Notes under the pieces: model-generated
Database searches by the model: none
Seen by the model: the letters and a program-made list of their open reading frames with translations, nothing else
What the model was told of the DNA's origin: nothing
Position numbers and translations under genes: made by a program
Assembly: GCA_001179505.1 (NCBI GenBank)
Contig: CDMY01000859.1
Span: 1-64,000 of the forward strand
Reading direction: 5' to 3'
Origin: Vitrella brassicaformis CCMP3155
Taxonomy: Eukaryota > Protista > Chromerida
DNA: 64,000 bases
In this document: positions 1 to 10,992 of the stretch, in pieces
How the letters are laid out: each line of letters opens with the position of its first letter
Numbering within the stretch: position 1 is the first letter of the stretch

Positions 1-1680
1 GTCGATGAAGAGAGAGAAGAGCAGAGGCCCCAGTACGTCCCCTTGCTTAACCCCAAACACCTCATTGAAGGCAGCTGACAAGCCCTCAAACCCACCATCA
101 ACACATGCCTCGACATTAGCATAGAGTGCCTCAAGCGTACGCACGAGCTGCTCTGAGATGCCCTTCCGGCGAAGCGCATCCCACAGGAGCTCACGATGTA
201 TCGTGTCAAAGGCCTTGCGAAAATCAACAAAACAGACATACAGGGGCTGTCTCGCGCGCCGAGCCTTCTCTATCAGAGTACCCAACACAAAGCATTGACC
301 CACCGTACAATGATCAGGACGAAATCCTGCCTGCTCCGGGCATATGGATGTTTGCGAGAGAATAGCATTCATCAGTAAGTGGCCAAACAACTTCGACCAA
401 ACAGGCAACAAATGGATGCCGCGATAATTATCGGGCACATCCGTAGGCCCCTTCTTGTGCAATGGATGAATAAGAATACGATCATGTTCATACGCCCATG
501 CACCCGTCCGAAAGAAGGCAGTGAAGACCTGGCTGAGATCAGACAGAGCGGGATGGCCAACACGCTTGACGACAGCATAAGTGATGCCATCCATACCAGG
601 AGAGCTAGTCGAAGTGCAATGAGACAGGATCGCTTCAAGAGCAGGAGGAGCGAAAGAGGAAGTACTCGACCAGTCTACTGGCACATGACGCTGCCTGGCT
701 TGAGCATTACGATCAGCGGCTGAGACTGGTGCAGCCGGATCGAAATAGGGGACATCACGGCCCGCAAAAAGATGGGCGAAAAAGTCTGTCTGCTGCTGCA
801 ATGTGGGTGTGTGCAGGGGGAGGGGAGGGAGCGCCCGACGTGACGAGTCGAAAATACGCCAAAAATCTCTTGCCTTCACACGGCGAGACAACACAAGCTC
901 AGACAACTTTGCACGCACAGCATGCCGGCGATACGCCCTGCAGAGAGACTTACGATGCGCCCGCGCCCCGCGGAATGCGTCGTAAGCAGCTGCCCGTGCA
1001 TTAGCATCGCCCCCAAGACATACAGAACGCCAGTACGCATGCGCACGCCGTGCATCACGAATAGCACAGTGAAGAGCAGGTGGGAGGGCAAGGGCAGACA
1101 GAGTGGTGCGAGGGCCATGGCCAGCCAGGCCTCGCAAAATCCCATCAGCGGCTCGCTGACGGCAGTCGACACGTGAAGAGTGCATATGGAATATGTGGGT
1201 CAGCGAGTCTAGTAGACGGCCAGCAGCCACCTGACTACGTACCGCGTCGTGCGCTTGCATGGCATGCAGCAGCTCAGTACGCAAGGACGTGTGCAGTGGG
1301 TCAGTCGCCAAATCACTAGCAATGGCATGAATATCACAGTCCGCCCACCGGTATAAAAGACGGCTGGGATTGTTACACGCTGCTTGAATACGAGCACGAA
1401 GGTCAGTCACTGCCTGCGGTTCGGTATCCGCCTGCAGGCCAAAGAACAGAGCAAGGTGCTGTGTGTTCAGGCTGGTAAGCGTCGGTCGGAAATGCGTGGC
1501 CACCGGGTACAGACATGGCGATGCCAGCACATAGTCAATCACAGTGCCCCGCCCCTGCACATATGTAGCAGCTGAGGTGACAGACTGAGGAGACTGGCCG
1601 ACAGACCGCCCATTGAAAATCAGCAGCCCATTCGACCGGCACATATCCAATAGAGAGCTGCCCTTAAGGTCAGGTGCAGA
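1..1680 (-). CDS. LINE ORF2 segment (end of APE endonuclease, linker, N-terminal half of reverse transcriptase); partial
   Basis: 560 consecutive codons from 1680 to 1 translated by hand with no stop codon. Absent from the ORF track because it has no stop inside the window. Confidence 0.92.
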
Positions 1681-1704
1681 GAGAGGCGGGGGGGGGGGGG
1701 GGGC

Positions 1705-2004
1705 NNNNNNNNNNNNNNNNNNNNNNNNNNNNNNNNNNNNNNNNNNNNNNNNNNNNNNNNNNNNNNNNNNNNNNNNNNNNNNNNNNNNNNNNNNNNNNNN
1801 NNNNNNNNNNNNNNNNNNNNNNNNNNNNNNNNNNNNNNNNNNNNNNNNNNNNNNNNNNNNNNNNNNNNNNNNNNNNNNNNNNNNNNNNNNNNNNNNNNNN
1901 NNNNNNNNNNNNNNNNNNNNNNNNNNNNNNNNNNNNNNNNNNNNNNNNNNNNNNNNNNNNNNNNNNNNNNNNNNNNNNNNNNNNNNNNNNNNNNNNNNNN
2001 NNNN
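1705..2004. other. Assembly gap (300 N)
   Basis: N run flanked by G runs. Confidence 1.
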
Positions 2005-2318
2005 GGGGGGGCGAGCAGCAGGGGGTGGAGCGCATGGATGTCCACCCCCACATCCTCATAATCATCGACGCTGAGCGTGTCGGGCAAAGTGGACGTGTGC
2101 GCATTGAAATCCCCAGCCAGAAGTAGACGCCGAGCTCGCCTTTCGGAACAAAGAAAAAAAAAATAGCAAACCACACGTGAATCGGCCCAGCGCAGCGTGC
2201 CAGCAGCAGAAATCGAGTTTCCGTCCTCCTTCAGCCGTCCTCCTTCCCTCCCGTCTCACCCCCACCAGTTCGTCTCGGCACCACCGTCAGTCCCTCGTTC
2301 TACCCCGATCAGGACTGC

Positions 2319-3158
2319 ATGGGCAACACGGAGTCCTGCCAGACCTCTTGCTCGCTCTCCGTTGTCTTTGATGAGAACGGATTCCTTATCGGGCCGCCTC
2401 GGCCGCCATCATCGCTCGGCCCCAAGAGGCAAAAGACGACACACGACAAGGCCGCTGCATGCGCTCAAAAGCAGTACGAGTGGGGCCACGCAACAGGCGC
2501 TGCTGCAGCCCCACGAATTCATTTCCTATGACTGTCTTCTTGCTGCAGGGAAGAGCTTGGGTCGAGCGATATTTTTGCCTCCCGTCCGACAAGCCATCCC
2601 CCCAACGTTCCCTCTGCCACCCTGCTCGGCAACCCACATGCCACCCTGCCTACGTCGGAGCTGTTCGAGAAGGTCGTCTCCGCCGTGGCTTCGCGTCTGG
2701 CGCCTCTTCTCTATGAGATCGACAGCCCCGACAAATCAATTTGGTCGCTGAGGAGCACCTGCCGCAGCGTGTGCGGCGAACTGACGGCACAAGTGGGCTT
2801 CATCAGTCGGGGCGTGGACAATCACATGGAGGATGGAAGTGAATGGGCGTTTCTCCCTGGGAACCCAGAGGGAAAGGCGGATTTCTGGATGCGTGATTGG
2901 GGAGACAAACGATTTACTGAGGACCCTCTTGTGGTGCCGGTGCCGCCCCCAGACTATGACGAGTGCAAGCGGATGTTCTGCCCGTCGGCAAGAATCGATA
3001 GATTTTTCTCTCATCTAGTGGATGGCGTCAAGCGGGCTATTCGACAAGCGGGGGTGGGCGCAACTGTGGTGTGGCAGAAGAGCGGGCTCGCTGAGGCATC
3101 TGCGCATGTACAGGCAGCGCATGTTTTGTTGCTCAATGGGGTTTGGCTCCCTTTTTGA
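2319..3158 (+). CDS. Hypothetical protein, 2 exons, N-terminal MG..C acylation-like motif
   Basis: Exon 1 MGNTESCQTSCSL... ends CA|gtacga (~2473). Acceptor ctgcag|G at ~2549 restores the frame into EELGSS...RLAPLLYEID...GVWLPF* (ORF 2685-3158). Confidence 0.55.
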
Positions 3159-3562
3159 ATTGTCGTCAAGTGATATCTCGACGTGTTCTTGGTGCTGTGG
3201 AATGTGCGGCAATGTGATGTGCGGCACGCGTAGAGTAGGTTTGGATTTCTTACTTAGGGTGTCTTTGTGGGTTGAGCAGGTGACCGACTCTTTGATTGAC
3301 AGCGTTGGCGTGTCCCTGTACGAGTCATCTATCCATCAAGTTCTGCTACACAAACATCTATACATTGCCCAACACACGTGTCCCATTCACACTCACAGCC
3401 AGAGAAAAAAGTCGATTGTCGTTACGTATCCATGCAGCTATCCACATCGCGGGGCGTGCATCGCATGAGGTTCTTCGCACCTCAACAAAAAGACACGACG
3501 CAACTCCCCCCGTCCGTTCATCTCGCATCCACCCATCTACCCACCCATTCACTCTCATCTCT

Positions 3563-4224
3563 TCACCACATGCCAAGCCCCCTCCACTCATCGCTGTGGT
3601 TGCCTTCCATCAGCATGCACAGCAGCGCCCTCGTCTCCTCAGGCCGCACAAACTGCGGCTCGTATCGCACCATATATAGGCACACGGAAGGGGAGGACGG
3701 CTGGCCCATCCACGAGGAGTGGGGAGAGGGGTAGGCCTGGGGCAGCAGCGGGGTGCGAGGGGGGCCGCTGCAGGGGGGCGTGAAGCCTTCGCTGTCGTCA
3801 AAGCTGGGCTGGCTGTGGAGGGGGGACTGTGACGTCACGTGATAGAGCTCATTTCGCCACCCTGACACAACAATCCAGTCGCCCTCCTGGGGGAGGAGGA
3901 CCAAGAGAAAGAAACAGCATCCGACAGTCGTCACCTATATATAGGGCTTTCTTTCTTCCCGCTCACGTCAGCAGCGAAGAAGCGTCCACTCACAAAGGCA
4001 CTGTGGATGTCGCTCATCACCCTGACACAGACAAAAGACGTACACAACGACAGTGGTAACATTTGCTGTGCAGGACAGTCCCCTCACACCGTCCTTGTGT
4101 GGTCTGACCCGTTGTCCAGTTTCTCTGCTTCAGCGTCGGATCTGACGAAGAGGAAGACCTTGGAGCCGTCCGACAAGAAAGCCACAGGCTCCACCACTAA
4201 GCAAGGCGCCCTCCTCGTGTCCAT
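3563..4224 (-). CDS. Hypothetical protein, 3 exons
   Basis: MDTRRAPCLVVEPVAFLSDGSKVFLFVRSD... joins in phase via GT-AG introns to VMSDIHSAFVSGRFFAAD and then EGDWIVVSGW...RYEPQFVRPEETRALLCMLMEGNHSDEW (ORF 3563-3934). No family recognised. Confidence 0.45.
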
Positions 4225-4434
4225 TCACTGAGGGAGACTGAAAGTTCTTGACAAGCGGCTCAGCTTCCACGTTGAGTCTGGCATTCTTCACTGTGGTGTT
4301 TCCCCCTCCCCCTCTCTCGCCTCTCTGCTGCAAGCTCGCAATATGAGCTCGCAGACGATTCGGAGCTTCCTGGGCGCTGCCGCATTGGGAGAAGAAGGGG
4401 CGGAGGAGGCCGCGTATTGATGGTCTCATGAACG

Positions 4435-5476
4435 ATGTCGACTGACAGGGCGCCGCTCTTTCTGCCTCCCGGAGCCTTCACCTTTGTCGCTGGCGGCGGC
4501 GCTGGGGTGGCCCAAGTGGCGGCGGAGTACCCATTCGACACGGGTAGGTTGCTATCAACGATAGATGACGACAGTGACAAGTGCACCTGGTCGCTCTTCT
4601 GTGTGTCGGTGTGATTGTGTGTGCAGTGAAGACTCGTGTGCAGTCGACAGCGTTGTCTTATCGCGGCCCGGTGGACTGCATCGTGCGCACCTTCCAGCGA
4701 GAGGGCGTTCGAGCTTTCTATCAGGGAGTCACGCCCCGTCTACTGACGTACGGTGTGGTCAAGTCGACTCTGTTCTCCATCTATGAGAGGGCGCATGGCG
4801 TGTGCGGGTCAACAGCTCTTGCTGGAGCGATGGCTGGGGCCGTCAACACGCTTGTCAGCTGCCCTGTTGAGATCATCAAGAGCAAACTGCAGGTCAGCAA
4901 AGGAAGACAACAAAAAGCATGATATTCATGGTAGAATGCACCTGTCTGTCCCTCAGATCTATCAGAGGTTGCCGGGCAAGGTGTATGACGGCCCGCTGCA
5001 GCGTGCACAGGCCCTCATCGCAGCACACGTACGAGCACACAACAATAGCAACGTGTTTTCGTCTCGTCTGACGATTGTTGGACGACTGCTGTGTGTGTGG
5101 TGAGGGGTGGGGCGTGTGGTATAGAGGCCTGTCAGCCCAGCTCGCCCGCGACACTCTCGGCTATGCCATACTCTTCACCGTCTACCACACCGCCAAGCAG
5201 CTGAACGTCCTCCCGGTGCCTGTATGTGGCGGAATGGCTGGGGTGGCCTTCTACCTCTCAACGCTATGGATCGACCGAGCCAAGACCATTCTGCAGACGC
5301 AAGACTTCGCCGCGCCACAGTATGCTTCGATGCGAGCATGTCTGTTGGACGTGGCCAAGCGGGAGGGGATGGTCGGGCTCTATCGTGGCTGTGTGCCGAC
5401 CCTCATGAAGACCTTCGTGGGTCAGGCGGCTGGGCTGGTCGCTTACGATGTCATCAGTCAGGGCGTGGGCAAGTGA
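4435..5476 (+). CDS. Mitochondrial carrier family (SLC25) protein, resembling the carnitine/ornithine/basic amino-acid carriers; 4 exons
   Basis: Three repeats with signatures YPFDT|VKTRVQ, CPVEIIKSKLQ, WIDRAKTILQ and the segments EGVRAFYQG, GVWYRG, EGMVGLYRG. Splice phases are consistent (ACG G|gtagg...gtgcag|TG AAG). Confidence 0.92.
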
Positions 5477-6272
5477 GTGTGTGCGGCGTGAAGCAGCTGA
5501 CGGTTGACGGGCGTCTTCTGCATTGAGGGTGAGGCCGATGTGGTGCAGGAGTCTGCACCACCTCATCCTAGTCCTCGAGGCCCAGACGCCCATCGGCGTC
5601 GCTCTTCTCCGCTTCAACACCGACGACGTCTCGGCCAGCCTTTGTGGGTGGCAGCGGCTCGGTTGTGTCATGTTGGCGTTGATGTGAGTAGGCCTGGAGA
5701 CCTAGATCTGGGTTGGTTCCTCTTCTGATCCAGATCTAGATCTCCAGCGCGACTTCGACGTGAACCTCAACGTGAACATCCGGCCAGAGCGGTGTGTCTT
5801 GTGCATTGCGAATGAGGAGGCTTTTTCCTCCCGTCTCTGTTGGGATGGCTCTCTTCCGTCTGACTGGCTGTGCAAATGTAGTGCAGCGACACGTGTACAT
5901 AGACCTACTTACGAGGACATGTGTCTATCTGCGAGCGCATGATCCCCGAGCCCCGGCACGTGGGACAGTGGTGACCTGGTGAAAATGATCATTTTCGTTG
6001 CGATGATCTTCCACCTGGGGCAATTGAGTCGCCCAGACAGATGGACTTGATGTACATGAAAGGGATCCCACTGCAAACTGCAAAGCTGCTTCAGCGTCCT
6101 TCCTCTCCCTCTCTCCCCTTCCCTCGCCTGCGAGCTTTTCAATTTGGCATTGTCTTATCATCGACGTTCTTTTCGACAAACAGCATCACTGTCAGCTTGC
6201 TGGTGCTATACTGAAGCATTCTGCTCACCCACATACGCTCACGTGGACATTTCAGCAATCTTTGTCTTCGAA

Positions 6273-7817
6273 ATGGAGCCGCCAGAGCCCAGTGCGCCTC
6301 GTGGAGGCCACACAGAAGCCCCACCACGCACCTCGCCACCATCAGACGCCAACGAGGCGACTACTGCCAGGCACCGGTCGCGAACAGCTCGTCCATCGAA
6401 CACGCCAGCTGCAGCATCATCCAGAAGACGGCACGACACGAGAGGGTCACAACAGTCCGGACGGAGCAGCCACGTGAGCCAGGGGAAGGGATTTGTGGTC
6501 AACAACTTCACTCAGCAGCGGCTGAAGGCGTGGCAGCCGATCCTCACGCCATGCTGGATGATATGCACCTTCTATGTGGTCGGCCTGACGCTGCTCGTCA
6601 TCGGTGCGGTGCTGCTCAGTGCGTCGAGCGACATATACGAGTGCGTGCAGCGGTACGACCAGAAGGGCAAGCTCGAGACCACCATCCAGATGACCTTCAG
6701 CGCCGATGAGTGTGTGGGGCCGAAGCGGCACATCGACACGATCCCCGGGCCTGTGTACGTCTACTACGAGCTGAGCAACTTCCACCAGAACTATCGCACG
6801 TACGTCAACAGCAGGAGCTTCGCCCAGCTGCGCGGCGGGGTCATCACCGACACAGACCGGCTGCTGACCTGCAAGCCATGGGTTTCTTATAAAAAAAAGG
6901 AAGACAATGAAGAAAAGGAGATTATCTACTCGCCATGTGGCCTCATCGCCCGCAGCGTCTTCAACGACACCTACTCGTTCTACCAGACCAACCCCACTAC
7001 TGGCCTGCGGGAGAGCGTCACCGTGGATGATTCCCTGGAGACCCTCGTCTTCGCAATGGACAGGAGGAGCCGCTATCAGCGGCAAGAGCAGTACTTCGAG
7101 TCACCCTTCGGGGGTGACGAGAGGCGGTACCAGAATCCGCGGACCAACCACACCAATGTGGCTCAGTGGCTGCTGGTGCCGGGGACCTATGGGGCCCCGC
7201 AGGTGTTCAACGAGAGCGGCCAGCCGCTGTTCCCTGGGGGCGTGGCCGACCCGCATTTCATCGTGTGGATGAGGACGGCGCCGCTGCCAAACTTCAGGTG
7301 GGCAAGGGATTCCGGAGGATGCATGGACGCCGGCCGGTAAGGCGCTGATGTGTGTCTGCGTGTGTGTCCGTGTATGTCTGTTCAGGAAGATGTGGGGCAA
7401 GCTGGTGCTGCCCGGTGACGAGCTGGTGCTGCCAATCGACGTCGAGATCGACAACCGTAAGCCAAACAACGTGGCAGCCAGGGATATCAGGCCAGCTCAT
7501 CTCTCTCTCTCTCCCTCTCTGTTGTGTGATCGTCCAGGGTATCCTGTAGGGGGTTTCGGCGGAGCTAAGAAGCTGGTGCTGTCGACGGCCAACTGGCAGG
7601 GGGGGCGGGACTTCTTCCTCGCCGGGGCATACTTCGCATTCGGGGCGCTGCTCTTCCTGCTGGGGCTCGTCTTCTCCTGCAAATACCTCAGGAAACCAAG
7701 GTCGGTGACGCAGGACGCGCAGACCCACCACAGATGGCCATGTGTCTGACTGTCTTGGGCGTTCCTTCCTTCAGGCCTTTGGGGGATGTGAACTATCTGC
7801 ATTGGGTCCGCAAGTGA
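6273..7817 (+). CDS. CDC50: CDC50/LEM3 family P4-ATPase (flippase) beta subunit; 4 exons
   Basis: FTQQRLKAWQPILTP plus TM1; VYVYYELSNFHQNYRTYVNSRS; PCGLIARSVFNDTY; HFIVWMRTAPLPNFR|KMWG; KKLVLSTANWQGGRDFFL plus TM2; ends RPLGDVNYLHWVRK*. Confidence 0.96.
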
Positions 7818-9153
7818 TGGATGCCCCGATGCTTCCTTCAAGGAGGGAGGGAGGGAGGGAGGGAGGCAGAGGTCCTGTCTTTGGCTCTTTTTCTGTGTTT
7901 ATTGCGGGTTCGGGAGATCAGAGGAGTGTTTGTCAGTCAGGGAAAGGGATCATGATGCGCGTCAGTTTGTACAGTCCAGATTACAGCACGGCGCAGTGTG
8001 GTGACTGTGTGACGCATTTATGTGTATGTGCGTGAATCCCTCTTTGTCTGCCGCGTGTGATGTGGACACACTGTCCAGCTCGGGAAAGCCTACTGTTCGC
8101 CTCAGCGTGCCGTCACAGCATAAGCATAGCCACACACACACATGGAAGGAGGCATCCATCCATCCATCCATCGACTGTCGTCACGACACCCATCAGACAG
8201 ACACACCCACATGTGTTCATCCTCACCTCACCCACAGCACACACAAACGGCAACGGCACGGACACACAAAGACTTAACCAGGGACGTATACAGCAACATC
8301 ACATAAGTGGAGAGGACAGTTTAGCCAGACAGACAGGCAGACAGGCAGACAGACAGACAGACAAGGCGGCCCCGTAAGGGATAAATAGGACAATGTGAGA
8401 CACATTTAGATAGTGTACACACGCACGCGAACCACGACACCGTCAGGTACAAGTAGGCACAGTCACACTCAACACAGGTACCGTACGTGAAATGTATGCA
8501 GCTAGCTACCCTACCGTCCACTTCTTGCGGGAATACACGTACAAATAGGTGCTCCCCATGCATAGCATACCCCGTACCACTCCACCGTCTCAGAGAAAAG
8601 ATGACTGACACGCATAGCACACCATCCAATATCTATATATAGACCAGAGACCACTCAGTTGAAGAACAGACCCACTTGCCGTCTCTATCTGCCCATCTGT
8701 CCATCCATGAATCCATCCATGAATCCATCCATGTGTGTAAAATACAAAACGCAAACGAATTGGGAGTGATGTCGTCAGTCAGTCAGTCAACAATTAAGGC
8801 CAAAAGAAATCATGGTCAAGCACCTCAGGCAGACAGCAACAATGCAATCAATGAATGCATTCACGGCAGCATCAGCATCAGCATCGCCTGCCTTTCGTTC
8901 CCTCAGCTACCTAAATGGTGCCCCTCCCTCCCGCCCCTCTAACATGGACGCGTGCATGTGCGGCGTGCGTGCGCGTCGATCTCACCATGGGCCTGGACGG
9001 CACGGACACGGTGAGCAATGATGCATTGACGCCATGGATGGATGTGTAGGTGGGTGGGTGTAAGAGAGATGCATTGGACAAATATAGAATCAATCAAGGA
9101 AGAGAGAGAGAGGGGGGGGAGGGAGGGAGGGAGGGAGGGAGGGGGGAAACCGG

Positions 9154-10959
9154 CTACAGGGGAGGGGAGGGGGTCTTCTTGTAGTAGCAGGCAATGATGC
9201 CACTGAACACACACCAACCACACACACGGAAGGGACCGGTATGCATGTCTATGTCTTCGTTGTGTCTGTGTCTCTTGGCCTACTGTGGCGCATCTTGGTC
9301 GTAGCAACAGCCGCGGTCCTCACACTGAATCAAGGACCCAGCACAAAGACAGGGACAAGGAGAGATCACTCCACACACGTGCCGTCACGCCAGTCAGTGT
9401 CTCACTCAGCGCTCACGCACCACTTGTGGGTCGATGCCCATCCATCCGCAGTCGGCTCTCTGCTCCCACCCGACGCCACAGACCTCTTCGCCCCCATTCT
9501 CCTGCTCCTGGCTCGGCTCAGGTGGCGCACCCCCTGTCCCGCTTGATGGGTTGTCGCCCCCATACACCTGCTCTGCCTGCGCTGAGTCCTCCACGTAGTC
9601 GCCGTCGACAACCAGGTGGTCCGTCTGCTCCTCACCTGTCGCTGAGGGCCCGTTGGTGGCCTCTTCTGCAGCAGTGGAGCCGCCGTCCTCAGAGGGCAGC
9701 CCGGTGGCCTGCTCGTAATCGTAGTCGTATTCATACTCGTACTCGGACTTCTTGGCACCACCCGCACCCTACAGAAATGGGCGGCATGGTCTCTCGGCAT
9801 ATTGTGTGTGTGTGTGAGGCGGGGTGGGGTGGGGTACATACCATGTTCTTTCTTGGGTACTGGCCTTTTCCCTTGCCACGTGCTTGGTGACCCTGCTGCT
9901 GCTGCTGCCTCTGCCTGCTGCCCGCCGGCCGTCTGTTGGATGTGGTCTGTGGCTGCCCCTGATTGCCGTTGCCGTGCCTCATCTGCTGCTGCTGCTGGTG
10001 AACACCCTGGTTGCCCGCTCCCTGCGGCGGCGGCGGCGGCGGCTGTTGTTCGTTCCATGCCTCTGTTGTTCCTTCGCTGGACGATTGGGGGTTGTTGATG
10101 TGTGGCTGTGGGTTGGGGATGAGGCCGCCGCCGGCATTGGAGAACTCAGCATCGGGCGGATTGATGACTGGCCTGGGTACGGGTGTGTGGGCGTTGTCCT
10201 GGTACAGCTGCTCCTCCTGGTTGATCTTGTGTGAGTTCTCGAGCTCGTTCCAGATGCCGTCGTGGTCGTAGTTGGGCCGCAGGTTGTGCTGCTCGCCGCA
10301 CCACTTGGGCCCGAAAGTGCTGCAGCAGAAGGGCTCGTTGCCGGTGTTGTTGACCCGCCTGGCGTCCTTGCCATTGAGCCAGCAGTTCTGCTCCTCCATG
10401 ATGGGCTTGTGCACCCAGTAGAGACAGCCCTCGGTCTCCTGGCAGATCTGCTGACACCGCCGGGCTGACGGCACGTAGTCGCGGGCAGGGTTGGTGCTCA
10501 GCTCGCCCCCAAGCATGTCCATCCCGTATGTGTAACACTTGTTAGCTGCGGAGGAGACCAACACACGGACACAGAGAGAGAGGGAGGGAACAAGTGTGTC
10601 CTTCCCTGTGTGTGTTGCCCTCTGCTGTGCGTCCGTCACGTTCTCTGCTCACTCTTGTCGTGTTTGTCATCAGGTATGGTGGGCACGACTGTGGCGTTGC
10701 GGTAGTGGACGTTGAGGGCGAGGTAGTGTCCGCCGACCACCTGGATGCGCTCGGGGATGAACTCGACGAGGTTGATGAGGTCGGAGCCCTCGTTGGGCCC
10801 GTAGATGTTCCACGAGAAGCCGCGGAAGTCGTCGAACCACTGGGGCTCGAACTTGCGGGACTCCTCGTCCCATGCCGAGAACTTGATGAAGTCCACGTAG
10901 GTGGTGATGGGCAGAAGATGCTCCTCCTTGTAGATACCCGCCCAGTACTGGGCCCACCT

Positions 10960-10992
<33 letters not shown>

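Larger units (their letters stand above)
1..2150 (-). mobile_element. Non-LTR (LINE) retrotransposon, 5'-truncated inside the endonuclease domain, continuing past the window start; interrupted by an assembly gap
   Basis: Manual minus-strand translation gives APE endonuclease motifs LLLAGDFNAH (~2095-2125), LLDMCRSNGLLIFNGR (~1600-1655) and TVIDYVLAS (~1515-1545). RT motifs follow: SPGMDGITY, IHPLHKKG..DNYR, QAGFR, FVDFRKAFDTI.R..LW, GVKQGDVLGPLLFSLFID (ending at base 1). Similarity appears to stop at an A-rich stretch at ~2150-2163. Confidence 0.93.

Noticed and set aside
126-1575. Plus-strand ORFs of 60-115 aa in the ORF track
   Set aside because: They are antisense shadows of the LINE ORF2.
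1613-2176. ORFs spanning N runs (also 14278-14862, 16369-17704, 34935-36308, 37379-38218)
   Set aside because: Their length is an artefact of X codons through placeholder gaps. Only the GDFNAH LINE fragment and the duplicated-gene exons within them are real.
5500-6140. Possible small gene between the carrier and CDC50; the carrier stop overlaps a gtgagt donor-like site
   Set aside because: No consistent exon chain could be built, and the carrier is already complete at TGA 5474-5476.
8000-9150. Tandem short repeats that might mimic a CRISPR or satellite array (also 13280-14250)
   Set aside because: These are simple di- and tetranucleotide microsatellites without a repeat-spacer structure, typical of UTR and intron sequence here.
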